NCBI GenBank assembly: GCA_963729045.1
Contig: CAVSMN010000015.1
Coordinates: forward strand, 1-64,000
Length of the DNA: 64,000 nt
Direction: 5' to 3'
Origin: an uncultured Nitrososphaeraceae archaeon
Lineage (GTDB): Archaea; Thermoproteota; Nitrososphaeria; Nitrososphaerales; Nitrososphaeraceae
A model generated the notes under the pieces. That model searched no databases. It was given only the letters and a program-made list of their open reading frames with translations, and was not told the DNA's origin. The translations under genes were made by a program, and so were the position numbers. Shown piece after piece: positions 21,556 to 32,775 of the stretch; position 1 is the stretch's first letter; the number at the start of each line of letters is the position of its first letter.

Positions 21556-22365
21556 TCATTTGCCATATCTTCGAGCTCTCTTTTGGAAAGTTCGAATTGC
21601 TCGCATCAAATCAATTTTTCTAAATTCGGGCCAAAAAATATCGACAAAAATAAGTTCACTATATGCACTCTGCCACAACAAAAAGCCACTCAATCGTTTT
21701 TCCCCTGATGTTCTCAAAATCAAATCCGGTTCAGCTTGGGGGAGATGGGCCGTATATAAATTTGCTTCAATAACCTTTTCCTCAATATCATCTATTTCAA
21801 TTTTATTTTCTTTTACCAGCGTCGCTATTTTTCTAATCGCGTCTATTAGTTCCTTCTGTCCACCGTATGCAATGGCGATATTTAAATACATATTTTCATA
21901 GTTTTCTGTTCTCGTTTCCAACTTTCTCAAAATATCTTGCAATCTCTTTGGAAGTATATTGAATTCTCCGATCGATTTTACTCGGATCTGCTTATCGTGT
22001 ATCCTCTTATCATTATACAAACCAACCAATTTATCCTCGAGCAAGGAGTAAATATTTTCGAGCTCATCTGTTTCCCTATTAAGATTTTCATTTGATAATA
22101 CATACACTGTAGTTATTTTTATCCCAAGGTCGTAAATCCAATTCAATAAATCTTCGGCAATGTCTGCACCCATTTGATGGCCTTTCGCTTTATCGATATC
22201 CATTATTTTTGACCATCGCCTGTTACCATCTAGAATAATTCCAATGTGCTGAGGAAAAGGGAATTGATTTATTTGACTTGTCAAGTGTTTTTCATATATT
22301 TTGTAAATAAGATTATGTCTAGATGTTAAATACAGTAGTTTTAAAATCTTGTCTATTATAGACAT
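21556..22365 (-). CDS. uppS: cis-prenyltransferase (undecaprenyl/polyprenyl diphosphate synthase)
   Basis: HIGIILDGNRRW, SNENLNR, AYGG, DLILRTSGEKRLSGFLLWQSAYSE, RRYGK. Confidence 0.97.
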   Translation of the reverse strand: MSIIDKILKLLYLTSRHNLIYKIYEKHLTSQINQFPFPQHIGIILDGNRRWSKIMDIDKAKGHQMGADIAEDLLNWIYDLGIKITTVYVLSNENLNRETDELENIYSLLEDKLVGLYNDKRIHDKQIRVKSIGEFNILPKRLQDILRKLETRTENYENMYLNIAIAYGGQKELIDAIRKIATLVKENKIEIDDIEEKVIEANLYTAHLPQAEPDLILRTSGEKRLSGFLLWQSAYSELIFVDIFWPEFRKIDLMRAIRTFQKRARRYGK

Positions 22366-22407
22366 TTGGAGAGATATTTTATACCCTCATCTATGCTCTA
22401 ATATATC

Positions 22408-23595
22408 TTATTGGTCATCATGTTTTAGAGCTTCACCGCCCTTTCGGTTTCTAAAGTATTGGAATAGAAAAGTTGCCACTATCAAAGTAACTGCCAAACC
22501 GATTAACAATGAAGAAATTAAATTGAAAGGATTTCCACGCTCAGTAATTAAAGAAGTTAATTGCAACATGGGTATGTATAATAAACCCAAAACAACCAAT
22601 CGCAGAATATCATATATTATATTGATACTACCTTTGAACCAATTACTCAACAATATGCCTGCAAATATCGTTGCAATTCCTATCCACAGTAGGGTTATAG
22701 TTCCAGTTGCAAAAGTACTTAGCACAACTTTGTCAGTTAAAATTGACGTTATTCCTTGACTTGAATCCAATAATTCCTGAGGAATGTGAGAAATTCCGCT
22801 TAAAATTGATGCTAAAATTATCATTGTGCCAGCAAAATAAGAAAATAACCTGATAAATCCAGAAGGAGTAGGCTTTGAAAAACTCGCTATTGATTTATCT
22901 ATATCAAATGCCCTGAGAATAAAAGCAGCACCCAATATACTTACTCCTAGTGCAAATGCCTCGCGAGAGAATCCAAAAATTATTGACAAGCCACTGATAA
23001 CTAAAAGTGCACCTGGAAGGCCCAGAAAAAATTTTGAATATCTAGGATCGTAAAATAGGATTTTTATATAACGAGCTAAAATAGCATAGGAATATTCAAC
23101 ACTTCTACTTTGTCTTACAATGATTCTTTGGATAGATATAATTGGGATCCGACCCTGAATCAATGGTATTGCCGTTTCATCGTCTTCTCCATCTGATATT
23201 ACTACAGCCCCATCTGCTCCGAATACACTTAAAACTCTGTCGATCTCTTGAGTAATTTTTAAATCTCCCTCAATGCCTCTATTATACTTGCCTGCAACCA
23301 AGGCTATTTCTACATCATAGCCCTTCATTTTGAATTCTTCATACGATTTTATGGCTCCAAAAATCGCATTACAATCTGAATCTTCTGGATCTTCAATCGC
23401 TAATCTTGTTCCTGCATTAATGCATAATTCCTTTCCGATAATTGGAGTTTCCAGTCCTCCCTTAATACCAATATCATCATCTCTGTCGATACAAAATACA
23501 ATAACCTTTGTAAAATCTTGCAGGGACCCCCTTTTGTCATAATTCTCATTTTTTTTTAGATCTATTTTATTGTCAAGTTGGCCCCATTTCGGCAT
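22408..23595 (-). CDS. DUF373 family membrane protein
   Basis: CIDRDDDIG, DPEDSDCN, SDGEDDE, VRQSRSVE followed by multiple TM helices. Confidence 0.92.
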   Translation of the reverse strand: MPKWGQLDNKIDLKKNENYDKRGSLQDFTKVIVFCIDRDDDIGIKGGLETPIIGKELCINAGTRLAIEDPEDSDCNAIFGAIKSYEEFKMKGYDVEIALVAGKYNRGIEGDLKITQEIDRVLSVFGADGAVVISDGEDDETAIPLIQGRIPIISIQRIIVRQSRSVEYSYAILARYIKILFYDPRYSKFFLGLPGALLVISGLSIIFGFSREAFALGVSILGAAFILRAFDIDKSIASFSKPTPSGFIRLFSYFAGTMIILASILSGISHIPQELLDSSQGITSILTDKVVLSTFATGTITLLWIGIATIFAGILLSNWFKGSINIIYDILRLVVLGLLYIPMLQLTSLITERGNPFNLISSLLIGLAVTLIVATFLFQYFRNRKGGEALKHDDQ

Positions 23596-23686
23596 TAATG
23601 ATACAATAGATAAAATGATTTACTATTTAATTAAGTTACTCGATCTTTTCAAATTAAGAGTTAATATTCATATTAGACCTATATGC

Positions 23687-24124
23687 CTAAAACAATCGTT
23701 GATGTTCTTTTAGGATACACCTGTTATAAACAACACTAATGTCTTTATTTTCCGCAATTTCTCTTGCTTCTCTATTGTATATACCCAATTGCATCCATAT
23801 TACTTTGATCCCATTCTTGAGTGTTGCATCTCGAACTACTGGTAATACATCGTCGGATTTCCGAAAAATATCTACTATATCTACTTGATGTGGGATGTCC
23901 GACACTTTTGGATATGATTTATTCCCTAGGATCTCCTGATAAATAGGATTTACAGGAATGACGTTGTACCCCTTTTCAATTAGGTATTTAGGAACATAGT
24001 TAGATGGTTTTCCTTCAGTTGGAGACATTCCAACCACTGCAATATTCTTAAAACCATATATCCTTTTTAACATATCATCTGAATTTTTATCTATATCGTT
24101 CATATCCATACCATGTTTTGACAT
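23687..24124 (-). CDS. CoA-binding protein (YccU-like)
   Basis: IAVVGMS, VIPVNP, VDIVDIFR, IWMQLG, NRCI..EH. Confidence 0.93.
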   Translation of the reverse strand: MSKHGMDMNDIDKNSDDMLKRIYGFKNIAVVGMSPTEGKPSNYVPKYLIEKGYNVIPVNPIYQEILGNKSYPKVSDIPHQVDIVDIFRKSDDVLPVVRDATLKNGIKVIWMQLGIYNREAREIAENKDISVVYNRCILKEHQRLF

Positions 24125-24252
24125 ATCTTATTATTTAACAGTTAAATGTGAATTTACATTTGGAGGATGGAATAAACTGGACACGATTTTCCAAATAATT
24201 ATCAAGTTTAATGAAATCAAGATATACTACTGATTGGTTATTGATTAATTGA

Positions 24253-25032
24253 TTGTATTTCAATGACTGGTATCCTTATTATCTAATAATTGCTAGATTA
24301 TTGAACATTCATATTCAAAAGGATTTTCTAAATTCCTTGAACTTATCGACTCTGAAACCAAATGAACTCTTGGATCCGAAATGTTTCAGAAAAATACAAA
24401 ACAACAACGCAATAGTCATAGGAGCAGGACCAAGCATTGAAGAAAGCACGGTACAAAATTACTTACTTGAAATCTGCAACTGCGGCAGAGGTAAATTTAA
24501 TACTGCCATGTCAGGGAATATGGTGGTGATTGCCGCCGACGGTGCTACTGAAATGTGTCTAGATTTAGGAATAATTCCGGATTTTGTTGTAACGGATCTT
24601 GATGGAGATCGTGAATCCCTAAATAGGGCTGATTCTGGCGGATCAATTATGGTAGTACATGCTCATGGTGACAACTTTGATAAGATCACTTCACAGGTTC
24701 CATATTTTAGAAATGTTATAGGAACAACTCAAAATTTACCATTGAAGAATGTCTACAATTTTGGAGGATTTACAGATGGTGATAGAAGTATATCTCTTGC
24801 TGTTGAGTTTTTAGCAAGAGAAATCGTGCTTGTAGGCATGGATTTTGACTCCAAAATAGGGTTTTTTTCAAAAAGAAAGATTTCAAATCTTGATTTAAAG
24901 AAAAAAAAATTGCAAATTGGAAAATATTTGACTGGGGTGTTATTGGAAAAATCTAGTGCTTTGGTAACCCAAATTACGACTTCAAATCACGATTCATCTT
25001 TTTATGGGGTGAATAAATATAAAGTAATATGA
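24253..25032 (+). CDS. mptE: 6-hydroxymethyl-7,8-dihydropterin pyrophosphokinase, MptE-like
   Basis: GAGPS, IAADGA, VVTDLDG, HAHGDN, NFGGFTDGDR, GMDF. Confidence 0.88.
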   Translation: MYFNDWYPYYLIIARLLNIHIQKDFLNSLNLSTLKPNELLDPKCFRKIQNNNAIVIGAGPSIEESTVQNYLLEICNCGRGKFNTAMSGNMVVIAADGATEMCLDLGIIPDFVVTDLDGDRESLNRADSGGSIMVVHAHGDNFDKITSQVPYFRNVIGTTQNLPLKNVYNFGGFTDGDRSISLAVEFLAREIVLVGMDFDSKIGFFSKRKISNLDLKKKKLQIGKYLTGVLLEKSSALVTQITTSNHDSSFYGVNKYKVI

Positions 25033-25247
25033 AAACTAAGAATATTCTTGTTTTTGCAGGTTTTGGACTCGCATTGCTTGGAGGTTACTTGTGGATGATA
25101 GGTCAGATTTCTATTGCCATGATCCTTTGGGGTTTGACTTTTTTGATCATATTTCGAATTAATCGTATAAACAAAAATAGATTAAAAAACAAGAACAAAT
25201 TTAATAACAAACATAAACAGATTAATCCTAAAGATGATGATGTCTGA
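25029..25247 (+). CDS. small two-TM membrane protein
   Basis: ATGA-type overlap with the mptE end; two hydrophobic segments and a basic tail. Confidence 0.6.
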   Translation: MKTKNILVFAGFGLALLGGYLWMIGQISIAMILWGLTFLIIFRINRINKNRLKNKNKFNNKHKQINPKDDDV

Positions 25248-25388
25248 TAATATCTCGTTGAGAATGGGCCACTCCCTTATTACTAACTAATCTAAAATAT
25301 CTATTTCTTTATTTCTGTAGGTATATTTTGTCCATAGTATTTTCTTATACAAATAATCGATTTGTCAAATTTCTCGCAACCATTCTAG

Positions 25389-26924
25389 TTATTGAGGTTC
25401 AATAGTGGAAGGTGGCTTGCTTGATATAACATATGTTACCCAAGTTACATTTTCAATTTCATTGGTTATCTTGGAACTAATTTTTTCTAAAGTGGTGTGT
25501 GGTAACCTTGACCAATCAGCTGTCATCGCATCAACCGATTCAACAACTCTTATGGAAACAATATGACCAAAAATCCTTTCATCCCCCAAAATTCCGACTG
25601 CCTTATCATCTCCCACTATAGCGAACGCTTGCCATACTTTATTATATAAATTATCTTCAACGAGTACTTCTTCTACTATCTGGCTGGCCTTTCTAACCAC
25701 GTCTATCTTCTCTCGAGTAGTTTCACCGACAATTCTTACTGCTAGCCCTGGTCCAGGAAATGGGTGCCTTGTAAGCAAGTCCTGAGGTACGCTCATTATT
25801 TTTGCTACATTTCGCACTTCGTCCTTATACAAATATCTCAAAGGTTCTAAAATTCTTAAATGGAGCCACTCGGGGAGTCCGCCCACGTTGTGATGCGTTT
25901 TTATTACCGTAGCGGGACCGCCTGATACTCCGCTCTCAATGACATCCGGGTATAACGTTCCTTGGGCTAACCACTGGAAGGGTCCTTCATTTTCTGCAAA
26001 TTCTGTAAATACTCTTGCAAATTCCTCGCCTACCTTTTTTCTTTTTTCTTCCGGATCTGTCAATCCTACAAGACTTTTCAAGAATCTCTCCTTTGCATCT
26101 ATGATTCTAAGAGGTATTCTTAATTTTTCTTGGAAAATATCTGCAACAATTTCTCTTTCATTCTCTCTCAATAATCCATTATCTACAAAAACGCAAGTCA
26201 AATTATCTTTGATAGCCCTATGTATCAAAATTGCACAAGTAGTAGAATCAATACCTCCGCTAACTGCGCACAGGACCTTTTCATTTTTAACCTTCATTTG
26301 TACATCATTAATGCTTGTTTCAATAAAGTTCGACATACTCCATTCAGGGTTTGCTTTGCTAATCACCTTAGCGAAATTGAATAATACTTTATCTCCCTTC
26401 TCAGTATGAGCTACTTCTGGATGAAACTGTAATCCAAAAATCTTTTTGTCATTGTTACCTATTGCTGCTGAAAAAGAACTACTAGTTTTTCCTATAACTT
26501 CAAATCCTTTAGGAATTATCTCTGCGGCATCACTGTGACTCATCCAACATTTCAGACTTTCTGAATCTATGTTTTTGAATAAATTAGTCTTGTCCGTTAT
26601 TGTTAACAATGCATTGCCGTATTCTCTATTCGTGACTCTCTTTATCTTGCCGTTGAAGTGGTCAACAATGATCTGATGTCCATAACAAATACCCAAAATA
26701 GGAACACCTAATTCAAATATTTCATCGTCAGGTTTAGGAGAATTCTTACTATAAACACTAGCAGGACCACCTGAAAAAATTATTCCCTTTGGTTCTAGAT
26801 CTTTAATTTTCTCGACTGGAATATTGTAAGGAACTAATTCACAGTAGACATTTAATTCCCGTATTCTCCTACATATTAGGTGGCTATACTGAGACCCAAA
26901 ATCCAGTACAACTATTTTGTCCAT
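25389..26924 (-). CDS. guaA: GMP synthase, fused GATase and synthase domains
   Basis: LDFGSQY, GICYG, QFHPEV, SGGIDS, QGTLYPDVIES, IKTHHNVGG, HPFPGPGL, KPPSTIE. Confidence 0.98.
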   Translation of the reverse strand: MDKIVVLDFGSQYSHLICRRIRELNVYCELVPYNIPVEKIKDLEPKGIIFSGGPASVYSKNSPKPDDEIFELGVPILGICYGHQIIVDHFNGKIKRVTNREYGNALLTITDKTNLFKNIDSESLKCWMSHSDAAEIIPKGFEVIGKTSSSFSAAIGNNDKKIFGLQFHPEVAHTEKGDKVLFNFAKVISKANPEWSMSNFIETSINDVQMKVKNEKVLCAVSGGIDSTTCAILIHRAIKDNLTCVFVDNGLLRENEREIVADIFQEKLRIPLRIIDAKERFLKSLVGLTDPEEKRKKVGEEFARVFTEFAENEGPFQWLAQGTLYPDVIESGVSGGPATVIKTHHNVGGLPEWLHLRILEPLRYLYKDEVRNVAKIMSVPQDLLTRHPFPGPGLAVRIVGETTREKIDVVRKASQIVEEVLVEDNLYNKVWQAFAIVGDDKAVGILGDERIFGHIVSIRVVESVDAMTADWSRLPHTTLEKISSKITNEIENVTWVTYVISSKPPSTIEPQ

Positions 26925-27583
26925 TATTTATCCACTTTATCTAGCATTCTTGTCAATACCCATGCAGCGGTATTGAAAATTTCATTGATCCTTTCCTTAT
27001 CTCTATAATTCTTGATCTGTATTTTCTTAAGGAGATCCTTGTTTTCATTCTCGGTAATGATATCATAACTGATTAATTCCGATTCCGACAATTGTCCTTG
27101 ATTGATTTTTTCAAGGTCCTTGTTTATCATACCTTGTAATATTCTGTTTAAAAAAAATGACCTAAAGGGTGGAGTTTCTATGCTAATTCTAATTTGATCT
27201 TCGGGAATAATTAGTACTTCCTGTGAAGTCACATGAAATCGAGCAATGGGGGTATTATCTTTTAATCTTTTTATTAGTCTTGTTTCATCGAAGGCTTGTT
27301 TTCTTGGCTCAGTTTGCTCTTCGTCATCTCTGCGTTTTTCATAATATTGATTAGGAATTTTCTTTAGCGAATTCATCTCACTTTTTTGTTCATTGGGTGA
27401 GAATTTTTTTGAGAAATTAAGATTGGCTGCAGTTTTGAAACTTCCTTGTTTTAATACAGAATCAATTAAGGAGAGGGTTATCTTTATTTTCTCTATTTCA
27501 TCCTGTTTTTCTAAAATTTGTTTAGTTAACCATTCTCTTATCTCTGCTGCATTTTTGATATCGTCATCAGAGTAACCTAGCAT
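26924..27583 (-). CDS. hypothetical protein with N-terminal coiled coil
   Basis: 219-aa ORF translationally coupled to guaA. Confidence 0.75.
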   Translation of the reverse strand: MLGYSDDDIKNAAEIREWLTKQILEKQDEIEKIKITLSLIDSVLKQGSFKTAANLNFSKKFSPNEQKSEMNSLKKIPNQYYEKRRDDEEQTEPRKQAFDETRLIKRLKDNTPIARFHVTSQEVLIIPEDQIRISIETPPFRSFFLNRILQGMINKDLEKINQGQLSESELISYDIITENENKDLLKKIQIKNYRDKERINEIFNTAAWVLTRMLDKVDK

Positions 27584-27910
27584 AATTTGATTTGATTTTT
27601 TTCGATATTAAATGTTATTTATTGTCATTTCTGTCTGAAATATTCGCCTACTATCTACCTTATCTATTTTTTTAGAGTTATACAAATACAAATTGTAGCA
27701 AATAAATTATCTTTATTAATATCGCTATTCATCGTAACAAACATTTGCTAAAGATATTTGGAAATTTATCCCAGGTTATTCTAAACAAATACTAAAAGAT
27801 TGATCATTATACTACCCTTAAAATCTTTCCCTTGTTTTTCTGTTTAATATACTTTATTGTATTAAAATTATATATGGATAATTTTTACCTTTTGTTAAGT
27901 TCGTTTCAAA

Positions 27911-28621
27911 TTGCTAAAATCACCAATTTATATAAAATTAAAATCCCTAAATGATTTTGCTAGATTAGTTTGCTCGTTGGAGAGAATTCCAATTCCTATT
28001 TATGAATACAATTATCAAAATACAGATATCTTCGCTGCCCAATTAGATACTCTAAATGGACACTCAATTACTTACTATGTCGATAACATGAAGTCAGGGG
28101 AAAATCAATACCTTTCATATAAGATTAACAATAATAATGAGGAAGCTGTGATGGTTAATTCTATAAAGGATACATCAGCACTATACTCTCCTATCATAAA
28201 GTTATCTGTACCACCGCAGCAGTTTCTCAAACCCGCGAAGATAGGCGCAACAACCAAATACACTGGGATTGGTTTAAGGGATCTATTTAGTTTGTCGAAA
28301 TTAGTTGCATTTCATACCATATATGAGGAATCCACATTGCCGTTGTTTCTTTTCCCAAAAACAGAGTCAAGTGATTTGGATCTTTCAGACAAAAAATTCA
28401 ATATGAAATACGTTTTGGGATCTCATTTAAACCTAACAGACTCTTCAGATACGAATTTCTTTTATTATGTCATATTAGAGCAAGAAATTGAAAAGTATTT
28501 CATGAAATTTAGCATGCAAAAATCAACTCCTCCTTCTTTTTCAAATCATATCGACGAACACGGTTTCATTTATCTAAAGATCATAAAATTGCATGATATA
28601 CACCCGTTAGTCAAATTTTGA
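27911..28621 (+). CDS. hypothetical protein
   Basis: 236-aa ORF overlapping the pyrF start by 4 nt. Confidence 0.75.
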   Translation: MLKSPIYIKLKSLNDFARLVCSLERIPIPIYEYNYQNTDIFAAQLDTLNGHSITYYVDNMKSGENQYLSYKINNNNEEAVMVNSIKDTSALYSPIIKLSVPPQQFLKPAKIGATTKYTGIGLRDLFSLSKLVAFHTIYEESTLPLFLFPKTESSDLDLSDKKFNMKYVLGSHLNLTDSSDTNFFYYVILEQEIEKYFMKFSMQKSTPPSFSNHIDEHGFIYLKIIKLHDIHPLVKF

Positions 28622-29402
28622 AAATGCAAAAATATGATTCCTTCGCTGATAGAATTGATGCAACCAAAAGAGAGAAAAGCAGCAGTATTGTTTTGGCGGT
28701 AGATCCAACATGCGAGGTAGAAAACCTATTCGACTATGTAAGTCATATTATTAGTCAACTACATGATTATGTTTGTGCTATCAAGCTAAATTTCCATGTA
28801 ATATTGCCATTCTCTAAAATTGAGCTAAAGAAAATTACACAAATTGCTCATGACTTCAACCTGCAGATTATAGCAGATCTAAAACTAAATGATATTTTTG
28901 ATACCAATCAAGTTACAATAAGATATCTTGCGTCCTTGGGATTCGATTCTGTTATTGTAAATCCTTTTATAGGTAAAATCAGTCTTAAATCTACGGTTGA
29001 ATATGCTCATTCATTGAATTTTGGGGTAATATCTTTGGTATACATGAGTCATTCTGATGCAGTAGAAGGGTATGGAGCTTCTTTAACGATTCCAAACAGT
29101 TTTGACAAAAGGGAGAATTCAAAGCCTGTTTATCGCATATTCTACGATAATTCCAAGTCTGTGGGTGTAGATGGTATAGTAGTTGGAGGAAATAGATTGG
29201 ATATATTAAAAGAATTGCGATCTAAAGATAATAAAGGCCCCCGATCTACTCCCCGGGTATTATTACACAGGGAGGAGACATCAAAAGCGCACTTGAAGCC
29301 GGTTCTACCTATCTAATTATAGGTAGAGCGATAGTCAATTCTGATTCACCATTGAATAAGATAAAGGACATTCATGATTTGATAAAAGATCTTGAGTATT
29401 AG
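28618..29402 (+). CDS. pyrF: orotidine-5'-phosphate decarboxylase, frameshift near 29240
   Basis: VLAVD, IKLN, IADLKLNDI; alternative frame IYSPGIITQGG...IIGRAI. Confidence 0.92.
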
Positions 29403-29430
29403 TATCACTGATATACAATTGCTTTGTAAT

Positions 29431-29751
29431 TTAGTAACTTCCTAAGAAACTAAACACCATCAAGAAGGGAACATCTTCTATGACCTTTACACTATTCTCC
29501 TTTGCGAGCTTTAGTCTCAGGGCCAGGGCAACAACATTCTTCCCAACTAAATTCAACATTGACGAGGATTTTAATAAACTTGCAGCTTCTTCCTCATTAA
29601 TCTCTTCCTCATGAAAATATTCTTTTGATATGTTTATAGTAAAATCGTCCTTGTTGATCACTTTACCCACCAAATCAAGATCACAAATATTGATCATATA
29701 CGTTCCTTGATACTTTATCCTTCTTAGCGCATATTTGTTGTCCTGATTCAC
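29431..29751 (-). CDS. DUF424 family protein
   Basis: ICDLDLVGK, ISKEYF, NLVGKNVV, IEDVP. Confidence 0.85.
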   Translation of the reverse strand: MNQDNKYALRRIKYQGTYMINICDLDLVGKVINKDDFTINISKEYFHEEEINEEEAASLLKSSSMLNLVGKNVVALALRLKLAKENSVKVIEDVPFLMVFSFLGSY

Positions 29752-29854
29752 GAAAAATCTGTCTCATTATGAAATAATATGTCATTGATTATATTTCTAC
29801 CCAAAAATTTATCTAAACATAAAGTAATAATTATAGTTTAATCAAAAAAAATTA

Positions 29855-30367
29855 ATGACTACTGACAAGAAGGAAAATGATAATAGTAATAATATTAAGA
29901 AAATTAATAAAAAAGGAATCATTTTAACCAGTATTCTAGTAATAAGCATTATAGGCGCTAGCTTTGCTGTTTGGCTTCTACCTTCCGAAAATGTACAAAA
30001 TAGTGGAATGAGTAACATGACCCTCACATATTTGGATCCGAATGATACTTTAACCTCGGTCAATAGTCAATTTTTGTTATTACAAAACGAGGTTCAAGAT
30101 CAAATTAATGATGCTAAAACAAATACTGTCAATAAGACATACATAAACGATGTCATTAGTGTCTCGATCATTCAAAACAATGAATTAATGCAGACTCTGC
30201 TAAATGGACAACCGAATCAAACGTTAATGCCAAACTACGTTGAATTAATGAATAATCTAAAAGACTACTCTTTGTATTTGCTAAACGTAAAGAATATTAC
30301 ATCAAATTCACACAATATGAGCCAGGACTTGAAAAATTTAGGGAATAATTCAGTAATCCTTAAATAA
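29855..30367 (+). CDS. membrane-anchored hypothetical protein
   Basis: single N-terminal TM followed by an Asn/Gln-rich helical domain. Confidence 0.7.
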   Translation: MTTDKKENDNSNNIKKINKKGIILTSILVISIIGASFAVWLLPSENVQNSGMSNMTLTYLDPNDTLTSVNSQFLLLQNEVQDQINDAKTNTVNKTYINDVISVSIIQNNELMQTLLNGQPNQTLMPNYVELMNNLKDYSLYLLNVKNITSNSHNMSQDLKNLGNNSVILK

Positions 30368-30415
30368 AAATAAAAAAGGATTGTTTATAAAGAGTATTTT
30401 CAAACCTTTACAAAG

Positions 30416-31525
30416 ATGCGACTTCTCGAATATCAAGGAAAAGAGCAATTTAATCAATTTGGCATAAAAACACCAGAGTCTATTCTAGCTGAAAGTGTGG
30501 AAGATGCTCGAATTGGAGCTCAGAAACTAGGTTTTCCGTTTGTCTTGAAATCTCAACTAACAGTTGGTGGGCGAGGCAAAGCCGGAGCAATTCAAAAATG
30601 CAAAGATTCCTCCGAATTAGAAACAAAGTTTAATGAATTATTGAAGAAAGAAGTAAAGGGCGAATTGCCAAGAGGTATCCTCTTAGAGAAAATGGTGGAT
30701 ATTGTAAAAGAAATCTATTTGTCTATCTTCTTAAATCGGAGCAAGCGCTGTTTCTCGATAATAGCTTCATCAGAAGGGGGGATTGATATTGAACAAACTG
30801 ATAATAAAATAATCCAAGATATCTCTATTGACGACATATCGGTTGAGTTAGCGAACACTATCGCATCAAATTTGAATATCCCTAGTAAATCCAAAGAAAG
30901 TTTTGTCAATATGCTGTTGAATCTCTTCAACGTAGTTGTAGAGAAGGAGGCTGAACTTGCCGAAATTAATCCTCTTGCTATCATCTCTGATGACTCTTTA
31001 CTTGCCTTGGACGCTAAGGTGATCATAGATGATAACGCTCTCTTTAGGCACGAGGATTTGCAAAAGTATCTTTATCTAAGCGATTTGGAAAAACAAGCCG
31101 CTAAAAATGGATTTTCTTTTGTTGAATTGGAAGGAGACATTGCTATTATAGGTAATGGTGCTGGTTTAGTAATGTCCACTTTAGATATGGTTACAGATGC
31201 AAATGGAAAAGCCGGAGCTTTCCTTGATTTTGGAGGAAGAGCCACAAGTGAAACTATTTACGAAGCTCTTAAAGTCATAAGTAGACTTCCGAAAATAAAA
31301 GCAATCCTTGTGAATCTATATGGGGGAATTGTGCGAACAGATCTTGTAGCATTAGGTATTCTGGAGGCATATAAGAATAATATATTGACAGTGCCGGTAT
31401 ACGCTAGAATCACTGGAGCGCAATCCGAAAAGGCAAAGGAATTGCTCAATGGAAGCAAAGCACGCTTATTTGACACAGTAGAAGAAGCAATAAATGCTAT
31501 AGTCTTAAAGGTAAATAACAACTAA
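30416..31525 (+). CDS. sucC: succinyl-CoA synthetase beta subunit
   Basis: MRLLEYQGK, GGRGKAG, EINPL, LDAK, GNGAGLVMSTLD, FLDFGG. Confidence 0.96.
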   Translation: MRLLEYQGKEQFNQFGIKTPESILAESVEDARIGAQKLGFPFVLKSQLTVGGRGKAGAIQKCKDSSELETKFNELLKKEVKGELPRGILLEKMVDIVKEIYLSIFLNRSKRCFSIIASSEGGIDIEQTDNKIIQDISIDDISVELANTIASNLNIPSKSKESFVNMLLNLFNVVVEKEAELAEINPLAIISDDSLLALDAKVIIDDNALFRHEDLQKYLYLSDLEKQAAKNGFSFVELEGDIAIIGNGAGLVMSTLDMVTDANGKAGAFLDFGGRATSETIYEALKVISRLPKIKAILVNLYGGIVRTDLVALGILEAYKNNILTVPVYARITGAQSEKAKELLNGSKARLFDTVEEAINAIVLKVNNN

Positions 31526-31553
31526 ACAAAGTGGAACAATTTGAGCACACAAT

Positions 31554-32459
31554 TTGATATTTTTAGAATTTTATCAGGGAATGAGTCTGACGCTAGATTA
31601 TGAAAAGAAACCTGTAATTATCCAAGGAATTACAGGCAGCTTTGGGTCAACACACACCAGACTAATGAGATCTTATGGAACGAATATTGCTGCAGGTGTC
31701 ACACCAGGCAAAGGAGGATCTAAATTCGAGGATGTTCCTGTTTTCAACACTGTGGAGGAGGCAGTAAAAGCATCGGGATCAGTTATATCTGGAATATTTG
31801 TACCTGCTCCTTTCTTTTATAAAGCAGCTAAAGAAGCTTTAGATAATGGGATTAAACTAGTAGTAGCGATACCAGAACACGTACCAATTATTGATTCAAT
31901 AAAAGTCTACGAGTATGCTCAGAAAAAAGGAGCAAGAATGATTGGACCCAATACTCCAGGGGTGATTATTCCAGAGATAATGAAAGTTGGAATCATGCCT
32001 GCTCAACCTTTTACTAAAGGGAAGACGGTTATATTTTCAAGAAGCGGGACCTTGATGTATGAAGTTTCATTTCATCTATCCAACTCTGGTTTTGGACAAC
32101 GTTTAGGACTGGGAATAGGAGGCGATCCGATTAATGGAACTAATCTAATTGATTCTTTTGAGTTAATTAGGAACAGAGAAGATGTTGATTCTGTTGTTGT
32201 GGTTGGTGAAATAGGTGGTGATTCAGAAGAACAACTCGCCGACTATATTATAAGGACTAATTTCTCAAAACCTGTAGTTGCCTACATAGCAGGAAGGTCT
32301 GCTCCCAAAGAAAAACGAATGGGTCATGCTGGAGCAATTGTTTACGGAAACTACGGGTCTGCTGATTCAAAAATAAATAACTATGCTAAGGCGAATGTTC
32401 CAGTTGCAAAAAGCCCAAGAGAAGTTCCGCTGTTGTTAAGGACAAAACTAAGAAAATAA
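31554..32459 (+). CDS. sucD: succinyl-CoA synthetase alpha subunit
   Basis: QGITG, GVTPGKGG, IGPNTPG, SRSGTL, GEIGG, RMGHAGA; start uncertain. Confidence 0.96.
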   Translation: MIFLEFYQGMSLTLDYEKKPVIIQGITGSFGSTHTRLMRSYGTNIAAGVTPGKGGSKFEDVPVFNTVEEAVKASGSVISGIFVPAPFFYKAAKEALDNGIKLVVAIPEHVPIIDSIKVYEYAQKKGARMIGPNTPGVIIPEIMKVGIMPAQPFTKGKTVIFSRSGTLMYEVSFHLSNSGFGQRLGLGIGGDPINGTNLIDSFELIRNREDVDSVVVVGEIGGDSEEQLADYIIRTNFSKPVVAYIAGRSAPKEKRMGHAGAIVYGNYGSADSKINNYAKANVPVAKSPREVPLLLRTKLRK

Positions 32460-32500
32460 CCAAATAGAGAAAATCTATATTTTTATTTGTCCAACACCAT

Positions 32501-32686
32501 ATGTACTGGGAAATCCATTTGGAAAAAAGATTTTGCACAAACTGTATGTTAAAAACCACCCATGATTGGATAGAGGAAATAGATGTTATTTACACTTATA
32601 AAAGAAAAAGGGTGTATAAATGTGGTAATTGTGGTTTCATATCAAGAAAAAGGGGCCTAAGACCCTCGTCTGAATCGGTTTATTGA
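32501..32686 (+). CDS. small zinc-ribbon protein
   Basis: CTNC...CGNCG in 61 aa. Confidence 0.65.
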   Translation: MYWEIHLEKRFCTNCMLKTTHDWIEEIDVIYTYKRKRVYKCGNCGFISRKRGLRPSSESVY

Positions 32687-32775
32687 TATTAATGGCATGA
32701 TATCTATTTTAACAACCTCAGCTACCAAAATCAGAAGGCTCATTTACCATAATTGGTTAATAACAAACTATTTAC

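Noticed and set aside
28618..29402. pyrF, argF and pfdA as pseudogenes or programmed frameshifts
   Set aside because: Single indels in otherwise intact core genes, with no consistent slippery site, fit sequencing error better
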